Positions 1 through 8,671 of a DNA stretch of 50,767 bases are shown here, one piece after another. Location of the stretch: NCBI GenBank assembly GCA_964619935.1, contig CAZUGO010000081.1, positions 1 through 50,767 on the forward strand. Direction: 5' to 3'. Positions within the stretch are counted from its first letter, which is position 1; each line of letters opens with the position of its first letter. The stretch is from an uncultured Planctomycetales bacterium. GTDB taxonomy: Bacteria; Planctomycetota; Phycisphaerae; UBA1845; CAIVHJ01. A model generated the notes under the pieces. The model was not told where the DNA came from. It was given only the letters and a program-made list of their open reading frames with translations, and did not search any database. The position numbers and the translations under genes were made by a program.

Positions 1-1
1 G

Positions 2-577
2 GTGCTCGTCCGTGAGCAGGTGACCACCGCTTTCGGCGAGGTGGTGTTCAGTGCGGGATCGACGGACACGCGCTATCAGTTCGCTGGCGCTTATGGTTAC
101 GAAAACCTCGGGATCGCAGCGCTGCATGTCGGCCATCGGTATTATGAGCCGGCGCTGGGTAGATTCCTTCAAAGAGATCCAGTGGGTATTGTTGGTGGTT
201 GGAACTCTTATGCATACGTGATGAACAACCCAACCGCTTCCGTCGACCCACTAGGTCTTTGGCCAGGTAATCCAGGGTGGTCGGGATGGGGCAATGAACT
301 TGTCTTGATCGGGACAACTCCGATCGAGTGGCTACCTGGAAATACTATGGAAGAGCGTGTTCGAAACGGGCAAATAATAGGTGTGAGTGTTGCTGCCGTA
401 TGCCTTGCCGGAGCGGCGGGAGTATCCTACACTGGCGTCAACTACGGTTTCAAAGTCGGAATACACGGGGCCCATCACTTTTTTCCGAAGATTGGGAAAT
501 ATGCTCGACACATTCAGATTAACTGGTGGCGTGCTGGTGTAAAGGGAAGCGGTGGCGTATGGCGCAGACCATTTTGA
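2..577 (+). CDS. Rhs/YD-repeat polymorphic toxin, C-terminal fragment (5' partial): RHS core end plus ~110-aa C-terminal toxin tip
   Basis: Translation contains the RHS-core signature YYEPALGRFLQRDPVG...GGWNSYAYVMNNPTASVDPLGL, which is the hallmark PxxxxDPxGL demarcation. A unique ~110-aa tail (GIHGAHHFFPKIG...) follows. The ORF runs off the left edge. Confidence 0.75.
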   Translation: MLVREQVTTAFGEVVFSAGSTDTRYQFAGAYGYENLGIAALHVGHRYYEPALGRFLQRDPVGIVGGWNSYAYVMNNPTASVDPLGLWPGNPGWSGWGNELVLIGTTPIEWLPGNTMEERVRNGQIIGVSVAAVCLAGAAGVSYTGVNYGFKVGIHGAHHFFPKIGKYARHIQINWWRAGVKGSGGVWRRPF

Positions 578-584
578 GTGAATC

Positions 585-974
585 ATGGAACCCCATAGGC
601 TTCCAATCACCGTAGACGTTCCTGGTGAGATTATCCGTGTGGACCACCTGATTCACGATCGTTGGTTTTCAGTCAACGACGTCGAGTTTCAGGCCGGGAG
701 TGGTGAATTCTCCATTGTGTACTCACATGATGAGACCATTGACCGACGTGTTCTGGATTCAGTAAAGGGCCAGCCGAACCTGTGGCGCCTGATTATCCGT
801 CACGTCATTTCATATCATTTCAAAGACCGTGAGAAGATTGTGTGGTATGATTTCAATCGAATCAGGTTTGAAAGGCGCACGGGGCATCTGCAGATCCTGA
901 CAAATACTCCGCTGCTGCTTCGCTTCAAGGTGACGACGCTGGACCTTATAGTCGAACCAGCCGCTTGGCCTTGA
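585..974 (+). CDS. putative cognate immunity protein for the Rhs C-terminal toxin
   Basis: 129-aa ORF 8 bp downstream of the toxin tip on the same strand. Markedly lower GC (~48%) than the surrounding DNA. No recognisable family. Confidence 0.45.
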   Translation: MEPHRLPITVDVPGEIIRVDHLIHDRWFSVNDVEFQAGSGEFSIVYSHDETIDRRVLDSVKGQPNLWRLIIRHVISYHFKDREKIVWYDFNRIRFERRTGHLQILTNTPLLLRFKVTTLDLIVEPAAWP

Positions 975-1192
975 TGGATTCAATACAACCCCGGAGCACG
1001 ATGTCGACCTGGGGATTGGTGGTATCTGTTGCGGTCAACAACCTTCGTAGGCCGTCGTATGTGGTCAACGCTGCAGATCTGGCCCAGCTGCTCGGTTGCT
1101 GGAGATATAACCGAATGTTGTGGATTTGGGTAATGAAAAAGGCGGCGTACCCTGGGTGAACGATGAGTTTCGCCCGTTCCTAACACAGGAGG

Positions 1193-1621
1193 ATGCGCCC
1201 CGTGAACCACGATACGACAACCGCACTCGAGATTCCAGAGGTTACAGCGCAAGATGTGTTGAGCGAGTTCCTTCGGGAGGGGGCTCGCGAGATGCTGGGC
1301 AAGGCAATTGAAAGCGAAGTCGCCAATTACATTGCGGCCCATGCCCATGAGCGTGACGCCGCCGGCCGCCGGCTGGTGGTCCGGAACGGCCATCTGCCGG
1401 CGCGAGATCTTCAAACCGGTCTGGGAGCCATCCCGGTCAAGCAACCCCGTGTGCACGACCAGCGGGTGGATTCGGCCGGCACCCGCCTTCGTTTCAGCAG
1501 CAGCATCCTGCCGCCCTATCTGCGCAAGACGAAGAGCGTCGCCAACGCCAAGATCGGCGAAGCTCGTGGCCGACTCGTGGCTGGCCCGTCTGGACGGGCG
1601 GGATCGCAACCGCACCGTTGA
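1193..1621 (+). pseudogene. IS256-family (mutator-type) transposase, N-terminal fragment only
   Basis: Motifs LREGAREMLGKAIESEVANYIAAH, RNGHLPARDLQTGLGAIPVKQPRVHD and FSSSILPPYLRKTKSV match the IS256 transposase N-terminus. The frame terminates before the DDE catalytic region. Confidence 0.7.
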
Positions 1622-1891
1622 GCGCTACGTGAAGCGTGCGAGAGGCCGACTTTTTCGCGACGACTCTGACGACCATCCCGTGTCACCGATCGACGCCTTC
1701 AGGCTGGCCGCCGACATCCGCCCCCAAGCGGCATCCGCGTGGGTAGAGCGGTTGAGGGCTGTCTCGAGCGAGGAGATCGAAGAAGTCGTTCGTCGGGTAC
1801 CGTCCATCCGAATGTCAGAAACAGCAAGACGATTTGCCCTGAGGATGTTACAATTCAACCGGAGCACCCTTGAGGGTGAGGTGGAGCAAGT

Positions 1892-2716
1892 ATGAAGGAC
1901 CAGCCTTTGAGCCTCAACGCAGTCTTTGTCGCCTGGCGCGATCCCGTTCATCATCGCTGCTACCCGGTAGGACGTCTTGCGCGCCTTGCTGGACCCGGGA
2001 GTGGCCGAGCATACGAGTTCGTCTACGTGCAAGGCGTGTCGAGCGCCAAGGAAGCGGGCTTTTCACATATCGTACCATTTGAGGATCTCCACAGCATCTA
2101 TCGCAGCGCCGCGCTATTCCCGTTCTTTATGAACCGCATCATGTCCGAGTCGCGATCCGACCGAGATGCGTTCTTACAAAGGATGATGCTCACCCAACCG
2201 GATCCACTCGAGATCCTCTCTCGTACCGGCGGGATTCGAGCCACGGACTCGTTCGAAGTGTTCCCTCTGCCACGGCTTGATCCATCCATGCCGGGGTTTC
2301 GAACTCTGTTCTTTGTCCATGCTTTACGGCACTTTCCTGCTAGTGCCCACCAACGTATTGCCCTTCTGCAGCCGGGCGAGGTGCTGTACATGGTCATGGA
2401 TTGCCAGAACGAATTCGATCCCCTCGCCATTGCCCTCCGAACGGCAGATCGGGTTCTCGTCGGACACGTCCCCGGCTATCTGCTGATGGGAATGTACGAG
2501 CTGCGCGATAAGTGCGCAGACATCTGCCTCAGTGTCGCTCAGGTCAACCTGGAGCCGGCGCCTCTCGATCAGCGGCTTCTCTGCGAAATGGAGACCTGCT
2601 GGCCCCCCGACTACCGGCCTTTTGTGGATGATCGATTTCAGCCGATTGCGCAAGGCGCCATTCGGACCGAGTCGTTGATCGATGAGTACGACGGTGGTGT
2701 GCCCGTCGAAGCTTGA
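1892..2716 (+). CDS. hypothetical protein (274 aa), accessory-island gene
   Basis: Long ORF with ~57% GC, lower than core genes. Its ATG overlaps the stop of the upstream reading frame (ATGA at 1892-1895). No recognisable motifs. Confidence 0.5.
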   Translation: MKDQPLSLNAVFVAWRDPVHHRCYPVGRLARLAGPGSGRAYEFVYVQGVSSAKEAGFSHIVPFEDLHSIYRSAALFPFFMNRIMSESRSDRDAFLQRMMLTQPDPLEILSRTGGIRATDSFEVFPLPRLDPSMPGFRTLFFVHALRHFPASAHQRIALLQPGEVLYMVMDCQNEFDPLAIALRTADRVLVGHVPGYLLMGMYELRDKCADICLSVAQVNLEPAPLDQRLLCEMETCWPPDYRPFVDDRFQPIAQGAIRTESLIDEYDGGVPVEA

Positions 2717-2874
2717 TATGGTCCTGATAGCCGGTCGTTCGCTCCACGACGGCAAGGCGATTTCCCGGCATCCCTCGTGCAGGACGGTCAGTCATGCATG
2801 AAGAACTCCTCGCTTCTATTGGCCCACCGCAGCTCCGTGGGGGGGCCCCGTAGCCGGCCGGACGGGCCAGCGGG

Positions 2875-3224
2875 ATGCCCTGCGCCGAGACCACGTCTTC
2901 TGCCGTGCCCCCCCGACCGCGGTATCGCGTGAGCGCACTCGAGAACCATTCTCGGTGGCGTCGTTCTACAACTGGCGCAAGAAGCTTGGGGCACCGGATG
3001 TCGGGCGGCGCCCCTCTCGTGATCGCCGTGCCTTCCAGCCGGTCACGATCCTGCCGCCGGCGCCGGGGGTCTCGATCCATTTGACCTGCGGCACCCGCAT
3101 CGAGATTGGTGTCGAGAATCTCGACGCCGTCCGCGAAGGGTTAAAGGGGACAGCCAGGTCAGGATGGTCAGGATCGTTTAATCGTTTTTATCGAGGCCGA
3201 CGTGGCCGGGCGAAACGGGTATAA
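2875..3224 (+). mobile_element. IS66-family accessory protein TnpA (orf1) remnant, frameshifted
   Basis: Frame-3 translation SFYNWRKKLG...RAFQPVTILPPAPGVSIHLTCGTRIEIGVENLDAVREGLKG matches the IS66 orf1 C-terminal pattern (F-x-PV...IEI...G-x-R...D...L). The upstream part is in another frame. No tnpB or tnpC follows. Confidence 0.5.
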
Positions 3225-3280
3225 CCATCGAGCGCATTATTGCGGCTGACATCGGCTCTATAGGGAGCGTTGCCGAACCC

Positions 3281-4378
3281 CTAGCGTCCCATGCAGGTTC
3301 CGAGGGCGGTGACCGCCTGGATCAGTGGGTCATCGGCGGGCACCAGGCGTTGGCGGTTGGCGACGGCCAGGATCGGCACCGAGCGGATGGTGCCCTGCTG
3401 GTGGACCACGAGCTGATTGAGGGCGCCCCCGACCAGCAGCTCGATGGCCCCGTGGCCGAAACGGGTGGCCAACACCCGGTCAAAGGCGATGGGGCTGCCG
3501 CCGCGCTGCACGTGCCCCAGAATGGTCGCCCGGGTTTCCAGGCCGGTGCGCTGGGCAATCCGTTCGGCCAGCACCTCGCTGACGCCCCCCAGCCGGATGG
3601 GATCCGGCGAGTCGTGAACCACGCGATCGACCACCACCTGACCCCCGATGGGCTTGGCTCCTTCGCTGACCGCAATAATGGTGAAGGACTTGCCACGACC
3701 GCGACGGTCTAGACACCAGTTGCAGACCACCGCGAGGTCATAGGGCAGCTCCGGGATCAGGATGACGTCGGCCCCGCTGGCCGATCCCGCGTACAGCGCC
3801 AGCCACCCGGCGTTGCGGCCCATGGTTTCCAACAGCATGACCCGATGGTGGCTGGAGGCCGTGCTGTGAATGCGGTCCAGGGCCTCGCAGGCGGTCTGGA
3901 CCGCGGTGTGGAATCCGAAGGTCAAATCGGTGTGCATCAGGTCGTTGTCGATGGTCTTGGGCACACCGACGCAGGGCACGCCGCGTTCGATCAGGGCGGC
4001 GACGCCCGACATGGTGCCGTCGCCGCCGATGCACACAATGGCGTCCAGCTTGCGCTCCGCGATGTGGGCAACGGCCCGGTCGGTGACGTCCTCGTAGATG
4101 GGCTGCCCGCCGGCGTCCACCCCGGTCTTGAAGCGACGGAAGTCGGCCCGGTTGCTGGTGCCCAGAATGGTGCCGCCGATGGTCAGGATGTTGCTGGCCG
4201 CCTGAACGGTCAGCGGGTGCATGCGGTTCTCGATCAAGCCCAGAAACCCGTCCTCGATGCCGTACACTTCCAGGCCGTGTTGCAGAATCGCAGTCTTGGT
4301 GACGGCGCGAATGACGGCATTGATCCCGGGGCAATCGCCGCCGCCGGTCAGCACGCCGATCCTGCGAAGTCTGCTCAC
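3281..4378 (-). CDS. pfkA: 6-phosphofructokinase
   Basis: Motifs GGGDCPGINAVIR, IGGDGTMSG, MGR...G and PKTIDND. Likely GTG start at 4378 with GGAGG 7 nt upstream; the six-frame ORF is over-extended to 4483. Confidence 0.9.
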   Translation of the reverse strand: MSRLRRIGVLTGGGDCPGINAVIRAVTKTAILQHGLEVYGIEDGFLGLIENRMHPLTVQAASNILTIGGTILGTSNRADFRRFKTGVDAGGQPIYEDVTDRAVAHIAERKLDAIVCIGGDGTMSGVAALIERGVPCVGVPKTIDNDLMHTDLTFGFHTAVQTACEALDRIHSTASSHHRVMLLETMGRNAGWLALYAGSASGADVILIPELPYDLAVVCNWCLDRRGRGKSFTIIAVSEGAKPIGGQVVVDRVVHDSPDPIRLGGVSEVLAERIAQRTGLETRATILGHVQRGGSPIAFDRVLATRFGHGAIELLVGGALNQLVVHQQGTIRSVPILAVANRQRLVPADDPLIQAVTALGTCMGR

Positions 4379-4509
4379 TGTCTGTCCTCCGGGGTCGCGG
4401 CTATTATGGAGTCGGCTGGGGTTCGGAGCAAGCGGCCGCCGGCGGACGGAATGGCCGCCCGCGGCAGCCGACGGTCCGGGCACCCGCCGTCTTCAGCGGG
4501 AGGTGTGAC

Positions 4510-6228
4510 GTGTCGAACAGCGAACTGGCCCGATCGTTCGAGCTGCTCGCCGACCTGTTGGAGATTCAGGGCGCCAACCGCTTTCGAATCAACTCCTTCC
4601 GGCGCAGCGCCCGGATCCTCAAAGACCTGGTGGAAGACGCCGCTGAACTGGACCGCGACGATCGTCTGGCCGAGGTCGAGGGCATCGGCAAGGGCACCCT
4701 GGAGAAGATCCGCGAGCACCTGCGAACCGGCTCGATGGTCGAGCTTGCCGAACTGACGGCGCACATGCCCGAAGGGCTGCCGGCGCTGCTGGAGGTGCCC
4801 GGCATGGGTCCCAAGAAAGTTGCGGCGGTCTGGAAACAGCTCGATGTCGGGAGCCTCGCGGATCTCAAACAGGCCATCGAGGCCGGCCGACTCCAAGCGC
4901 TGCCCGGCTTCGGCGTCCAGAGCGCCAAGAAGATCGCCCAGGGCATCCAATTCCTGGAACGCTCCGGTGGGCGGGTACCCTATGGGCAGGCCTTAACGCT
5001 GGGCGAGGCCTTGGCCGAGCGGGTGGCGGCCATTCCCGGGGTGGAACGAGTGGCGATTGCCGGATCGCTCCGCCGCGGCTGCGAGACCATCGGCGACATC
5101 GATCTGCTGTGTACGGCCCGCGACGGCGGCGCCGTGGTCCAGGCCTTCAGCGCGCTGGCGGAGGACGGCGCCGTGCTGGCCGCGGGCGAGACCAAGGGCA
5201 GCATCACCATCCCGCTGGAACAGCGGCGGCCGGTGCAGGTCGATCTCCGCGTGGTCCCCGAGGAATCTTTCGGGGCGGCGTTGCAATACTTCTCGGGCTC
5301 CAAAGCGCACAACGTGCGGCTGCGCGAGCTGGCCATCCGCCAGGGTTACAAGCTCAACGAATGGGGCCTGTTTGACGGCGCGCAGCAACTGGCCGGAGCC
5401 GAGGAGGCCGACATCTACCAGCGGCTGAGCCTGCCCCTGATCCCCGTCGAACTGCGCGAAGATCGCGGAGAGTTTGACGCCGATCCGGCGGGGTTCGCCG
5501 CGCTGGTGACCCTCCCGGACATTCGCGGCGACCTGCACCTGCACACCGTGGCCAGCGACGGCAAGTGCACCGTGGAGGACCTGGCCCAGGCGGCCCGCGC
5601 CCGCGGCTACGCCTACATCAACATCACCGATCATTCGCGCAGTTCGGCGATTGCCGGCGGCTTGTCCATCGAGCGGATGGTCGCCCACATCGAGACCGTG
5701 CGGCGGTTCGACCAGTCATTCGACGGGCTGAAGATTCTGGTGGGTTGCGAGTGCGACATCCTGGCCGACGGGACGCTGGACTATCCGGACGATCTTCTGG
5801 CCGCCTGCGACATCGTGGTGGCGAGCATTCACAGCGCCACCGGTCAGCCGGCCGAGGTCATCACCCGCCGGACCCTGGCGGCGATCGAGAATCCGCATGT
5901 CGACATCATCGGGCACCCCACCAGTCGGTTGCTCGATCAGCGGCCGGCCAACGCGGTGGACATTGGCGAGATTGCCCGGGCGGCGGCGGCCACCGGCACG
6001 GCCCTGGAGGTCAACGCCTCCTGGAGGCGCCTGGATCTCAAGGATCTGCACATCCGCCAGGCCCTGGATGCCGGCGCCCTGATCTGCATCAACACCGATG
6101 CTCACCGGGTCGAGCAGTTGGACGCCATGCGGTATGGCATTGTCACGGCCCGCCGCGGGGCGGCGCCGCGCGATCGGGTGCTGAACACTTTTGGGTTGGA
6201 GCGCCTGCTGGCGGCCGTGAAGCACTGA
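4510..6228 (+). CDS. polX: DNA polymerase X family protein with C-terminal PHP phosphoesterase domain
   Basis: N-terminal Pol beta-like helix-hairpin-helix and nucleotidyltransferase region (GSLRRGCETIGDIDLL). C-terminal PHP motifs (HLHTVASDG, ITDHS). GTG start at 4510 with GGGAGG upstream. Confidence 0.9.
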   Translation: MSNSELARSFELLADLLEIQGANRFRINSFRRSARILKDLVEDAAELDRDDRLAEVEGIGKGTLEKIREHLRTGSMVELAELTAHMPEGLPALLEVPGMGPKKVAAVWKQLDVGSLADLKQAIEAGRLQALPGFGVQSAKKIAQGIQFLERSGGRVPYGQALTLGEALAERVAAIPGVERVAIAGSLRRGCETIGDIDLLCTARDGGAVVQAFSALAEDGAVLAAGETKGSITIPLEQRRPVQVDLRVVPEESFGAALQYFSGSKAHNVRLRELAIRQGYKLNEWGLFDGAQQLAGAEEADIYQRLSLPLIPVELREDRGEFDADPAGFAALVTLPDIRGDLHLHTVASDGKCTVEDLAQAARARGYAYINITDHSRSSAIAGGLSIERMVAHIETVRRFDQSFDGLKILVGCECDILADGTLDYPDDLLAACDIVVASIHSATGQPAEVITRRTLAAIENPHVDIIGHPTSRLLDQRPANAVDIGEIARAAAATGTALEVNASWRRLDLKDLHIRQALDAGALICINTDAHRVEQLDAMRYGIVTARRGAAPRDRVLNTFGLERLLAAVKH

Positions 6229-6246
6229 TCCGAACGCTCGAACAAG

Positions 6247-6279
6247 AACCGCCCGAGGAGGGTTGCTCCCCGGGCGGTT
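6247..6279. terminator. bidirectional intrinsic terminator hairpin between convergent polX and fliC
   Basis: AACCGCCCG (6247-6255) pairs perfectly with CGGGCGGTT (6271-6279) around a 15-nt loop. Short T-runs follow on both strands. It sits in the 86-bp gap between the two convergent stop codons. Confidence 0.5.
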
Positions 6280-6314
6280 TCGGATCGTTCGCGCTGGATC
6301 AGCCCAGCCGGCGG

Positions 6315-7742
6315 CTATCCGCCCAGCAGGGCCAGGATCTGGGCGGCCTGCTGGTTGGCCAACCCGAGCAACGAGATGCCGGAGTTCAACAGCACCGACT
6401 GCTTGTTGAGTTCGGCGGTCGCCAGGGCATAATCGGTGTCGCCGATGACGCTGGCCGCGTCGCTCAGCCCGACCTTCTGGGCGGTCAAGTTGCTGATGGC
6501 CGGCTGCACCTGGAATTTCTGGAGCCCACCGATTCGGCCTTGGGCCACCGCCAGGTCGCCGATGGCCTTGTCCACGATGCCCAGGGCTGAGGCCCGGTTG
6601 GCCGCGCTCGACAGGTCGGCGTCGCCGCCGCTCCTCAACTCGCTGAGGAAGCCGCCGCTGTCGCCGCCACCGAGGTTGTGGCTGAACAGGGCATCGATTC
6701 CGATGGTCACCCGGGTGACCGCTTCGGACCCCAGTTGGAAGGTGAATCCGCCGGTGGTGTGCACCGTGAATTCCTCGGTCCCCGCAGTGAATGCTGCGCC
6801 CAGTGTAAAGCTGCCGCTGACCCCGCCGACGTTGAAGTTCACGTCGACGCCGTCGGCGGTGAAGCTCTGACCGTTGATGGTTCCGGCGGCGTCGGTGCCG
6901 GTGGCCCGGGTGACCTCGGTCACGTTGTTGGTGTTGGTCAGGCCGCCGCCGCTGAGGGTGTCGACGCTGACGAAGGCTTCCGACCCGGTGGTGGTGGAGT
7001 TCAGCACCACGAAATTGCCCGATGTCGTGGCACTGACGCCCGTCACATCCACGGCGTTGTTGATGGCGGCGACGGCTGACGCCTGGGTGGCACCGACGTT
7101 CAGCTCGATGGTGGCGGTGCCCAATGAGCCGGTGACGGCCAGCTCGGTGGCGGCGCTGACGGTGGCGCCGCCACTGAAGTTGGCGACCCCGTGCGACGCT
7201 TCGGCCGCCGCGGTGGTGACCTGCACCGAGAAGGTCAGATCACTGCTCAGATTGCCGCGATTGAAGACCCGCAGGTCGCCGATCATGTCAGAATCGTTGA
7301 CGGTGGCGTCGATGGCGCCGGTGCCGTCGATCAGGCGGCGGCCATTGAACACCGTGGTGCGCACGATGCGGTCGATGGAGTCGATGGCCAGATCGATCTG
7401 CGATTGATTGGCCGCGATTTCGGCTTGCGACAGGTTGCCGTCGCTGACCGACGACAACACCAGCCGATCGATTTCCCCCAGCAGACTGTGGATTTCCCCC
7501 AAGGCGTTGTCGGCCACACCCAGAACCGCGTCTGTGCGCTGATTGTTGGCGATCGAGGCGTCGACCGCGCTGATCTCGGACTGCAGGCTCTTCAGGGCGA
7601 TGAGGCCGGCGGGATCGTCGGCGCCGCGGTTGATCTTGAGTCCGGTGGAGAGCTGGGTGATGACGTTGCTTTGTGCTTTCGAGGTTCGATTGAGGATGCT
7701 CAGGAGTGTGAATGTGTTTGTGTTTGTGACTGTCAGACCCAT
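6315..7742 (-). CDS. fliC: flagellin
   Basis: N-terminus MGLTVTNTNT...LSTGLKINRGADDPAGLIALKSLQSEI and C-terminus ...LGLANQQAAQILALLGG are the canonical flagellin D0/D1 helices. The ATG at 7742 is preceded by AGGGAG. Confidence 0.9.
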   Translation of the reverse strand: MGLTVTNTNTFTLLSILNRTSKAQSNVITQLSTGLKINRGADDPAGLIALKSLQSEISAVDASIANNQRTDAVLGVADNALGEIHSLLGEIDRLVLSSVSDGNLSQAEIAANQSQIDLAIDSIDRIVRTTVFNGRRLIDGTGAIDATVNDSDMIGDLRVFNRGNLSSDLTFSVQVTTAAAEASHGVANFSGGATVSAATELAVTGSLGTATIELNVGATQASAVAAINNAVDVTGVSATTSGNFVVLNSTTTGSEAFVSVDTLSGGGLTNTNNVTEVTRATGTDAAGTINGQSFTADGVDVNFNVGGVSGSFTLGAAFTAGTEEFTVHTTGGFTFQLGSEAVTRVTIGIDALFSHNLGGGDSGGFLSELRSGGDADLSSAANRASALGIVDKAIGDLAVAQGRIGGLQKFQVQPAISNLTAQKVGLSDAASVIGDTDYALATAELNKQSVLLNSGISLLGLANQQAAQILALLGG

Positions 7743-8009
7743 CGAGTGCTCCCTGTGTAATGCCGAAGATCCCAGGCCAACGTTCCGTGACTGCAACGTA
7801 AGATACGCCCCGAATGCAAGGCAAACCGGCGGGCCGATAAGCAACCCGGCCTGGCGGGACGGTCCACACGCCGGACCGCGCGGCAGGGAAACGAAAGCAG
7901 AAAGGAAGCCAGGAAATCGGGAGCACCCGACCCGGAAGGGGGGCAAAGGGGCCGGCGTGCGCTTTCGGACCCTGCGGTCCCGGCAGCCGTCAGCGGCGGT
8001 GTCCGCGGG

Positions 8010-8573
8010 TCAGGACTTGGCTCGCTCCAGGTACGCGCCGCTGCGGGTGTCGACCCGGACTCGTTCGCCAGGCTCGATGAACGCCGGCACGCGGATGCGG
8101 GCCCCGGTCTCCAGGATGGCGTCCTTGGGCTGGTTGGTGGCGGTGGCGCCCTTGACCACCGGCGGGGTGTCCTTGATTTGCAGCTCCACGACCTGGGGCA
8201 GTTCGACGCCGATCAGGACGCCGTTGTAGAGTTGGCCGCTGACCGGCGTGTTTTCCTTGAGGTAGTTCACGGCGTCGCCGAGCAGTTCCTTGTCGATGGT
8301 CACATGGTCGTAGGTCTCGTTGTCCATCAACACGTAGCCGTTGCTCTCCTGGTAGAGGTACTCGTACTCCTTGGTCTCGACAAACGGGATCTCGATGGTG
8401 TCGTCGACCTTGAAGCGGACATCGATCACTTGTCCGGTGGTGTACTTCTTGAGCTTGACCTGCATGTAGCTGCGCTTGTTGCCCTTGGCGACGTGTTGGG
8501 CGTCGTGGCAAGTGTACAGTTCGCCGTCATAGATGCAATATCGTCCCTTGCGCAGTTCGGTGGCTTTGATCAT
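8010..8573 (-). CDS. efp: elongation factor P
   Basis: Full-length EF-P: MIKATELRKGRYCIYDGELY...KGNKRSYMQVKLK..., 187 aa. Confidence 0.95.
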   Translation of the reverse strand: MIKATELRKGRYCIYDGELYTCHDAQHVAKGNKRSYMQVKLKKYTTGQVIDVRFKVDDTIEIPFVETKEYEYLYQESNGYVLMDNETYDHVTIDKELLGDAVNYLKENTPVSGQLYNGVLIGVELPQVVELQIKDTPPVVKGATATNQPKDAILETGARIRVPAFIEPGERVRVDTRSGAYLERAKS

Positions 8574-8671
8574 CGGTGGCTCCTGTCCCCGTTGCGTCGC
8601 TGCATTCCGGCCGATTATGAGCCAAGGTCACAGGTTCGTCAACGACCGCGGCGGTCGGGCGCGGCGGCGGG

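Noticed and set aside
2544-3080. 178-aa minus-strand ORF across the IS66 remnant
   Set aside because: It lies antisense to the recognisable IS66 orf1 fragment and has an Arg-rich low-complexity composition. Likely spurious.
3738-4756. Long ORFs antisense to or overlapping pfkA (3738-4334 -, 3845-4756 +). Similar shadow ORFs occur elsewhere: 4993-5688 -, 8942-10423 +, 12137-13981 +, 16851-18287 +, 26990-28921 -, 27723-29987 - and 37448-39784 +
   Set aside because: Their compositions are Arg/Pro/Gly/Ala-biased and typical of stop-codon-poor alternative frames in ~68% GC DNA. Each overlaps a gene with strong family-level motifs, and none has an RBS.
7833-7840. GCCGATAA, a perfect sigma-28 -10 consensus, in the fliC-efp intergenic region
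   Set aside because: It is on the + strand. fliC and efp are both on the - strand, and no TAAA -35 element sits at the correct spacing, so it cannot be the flagellin promoter as oriented. It may be coincidental in GC-rich sequence.
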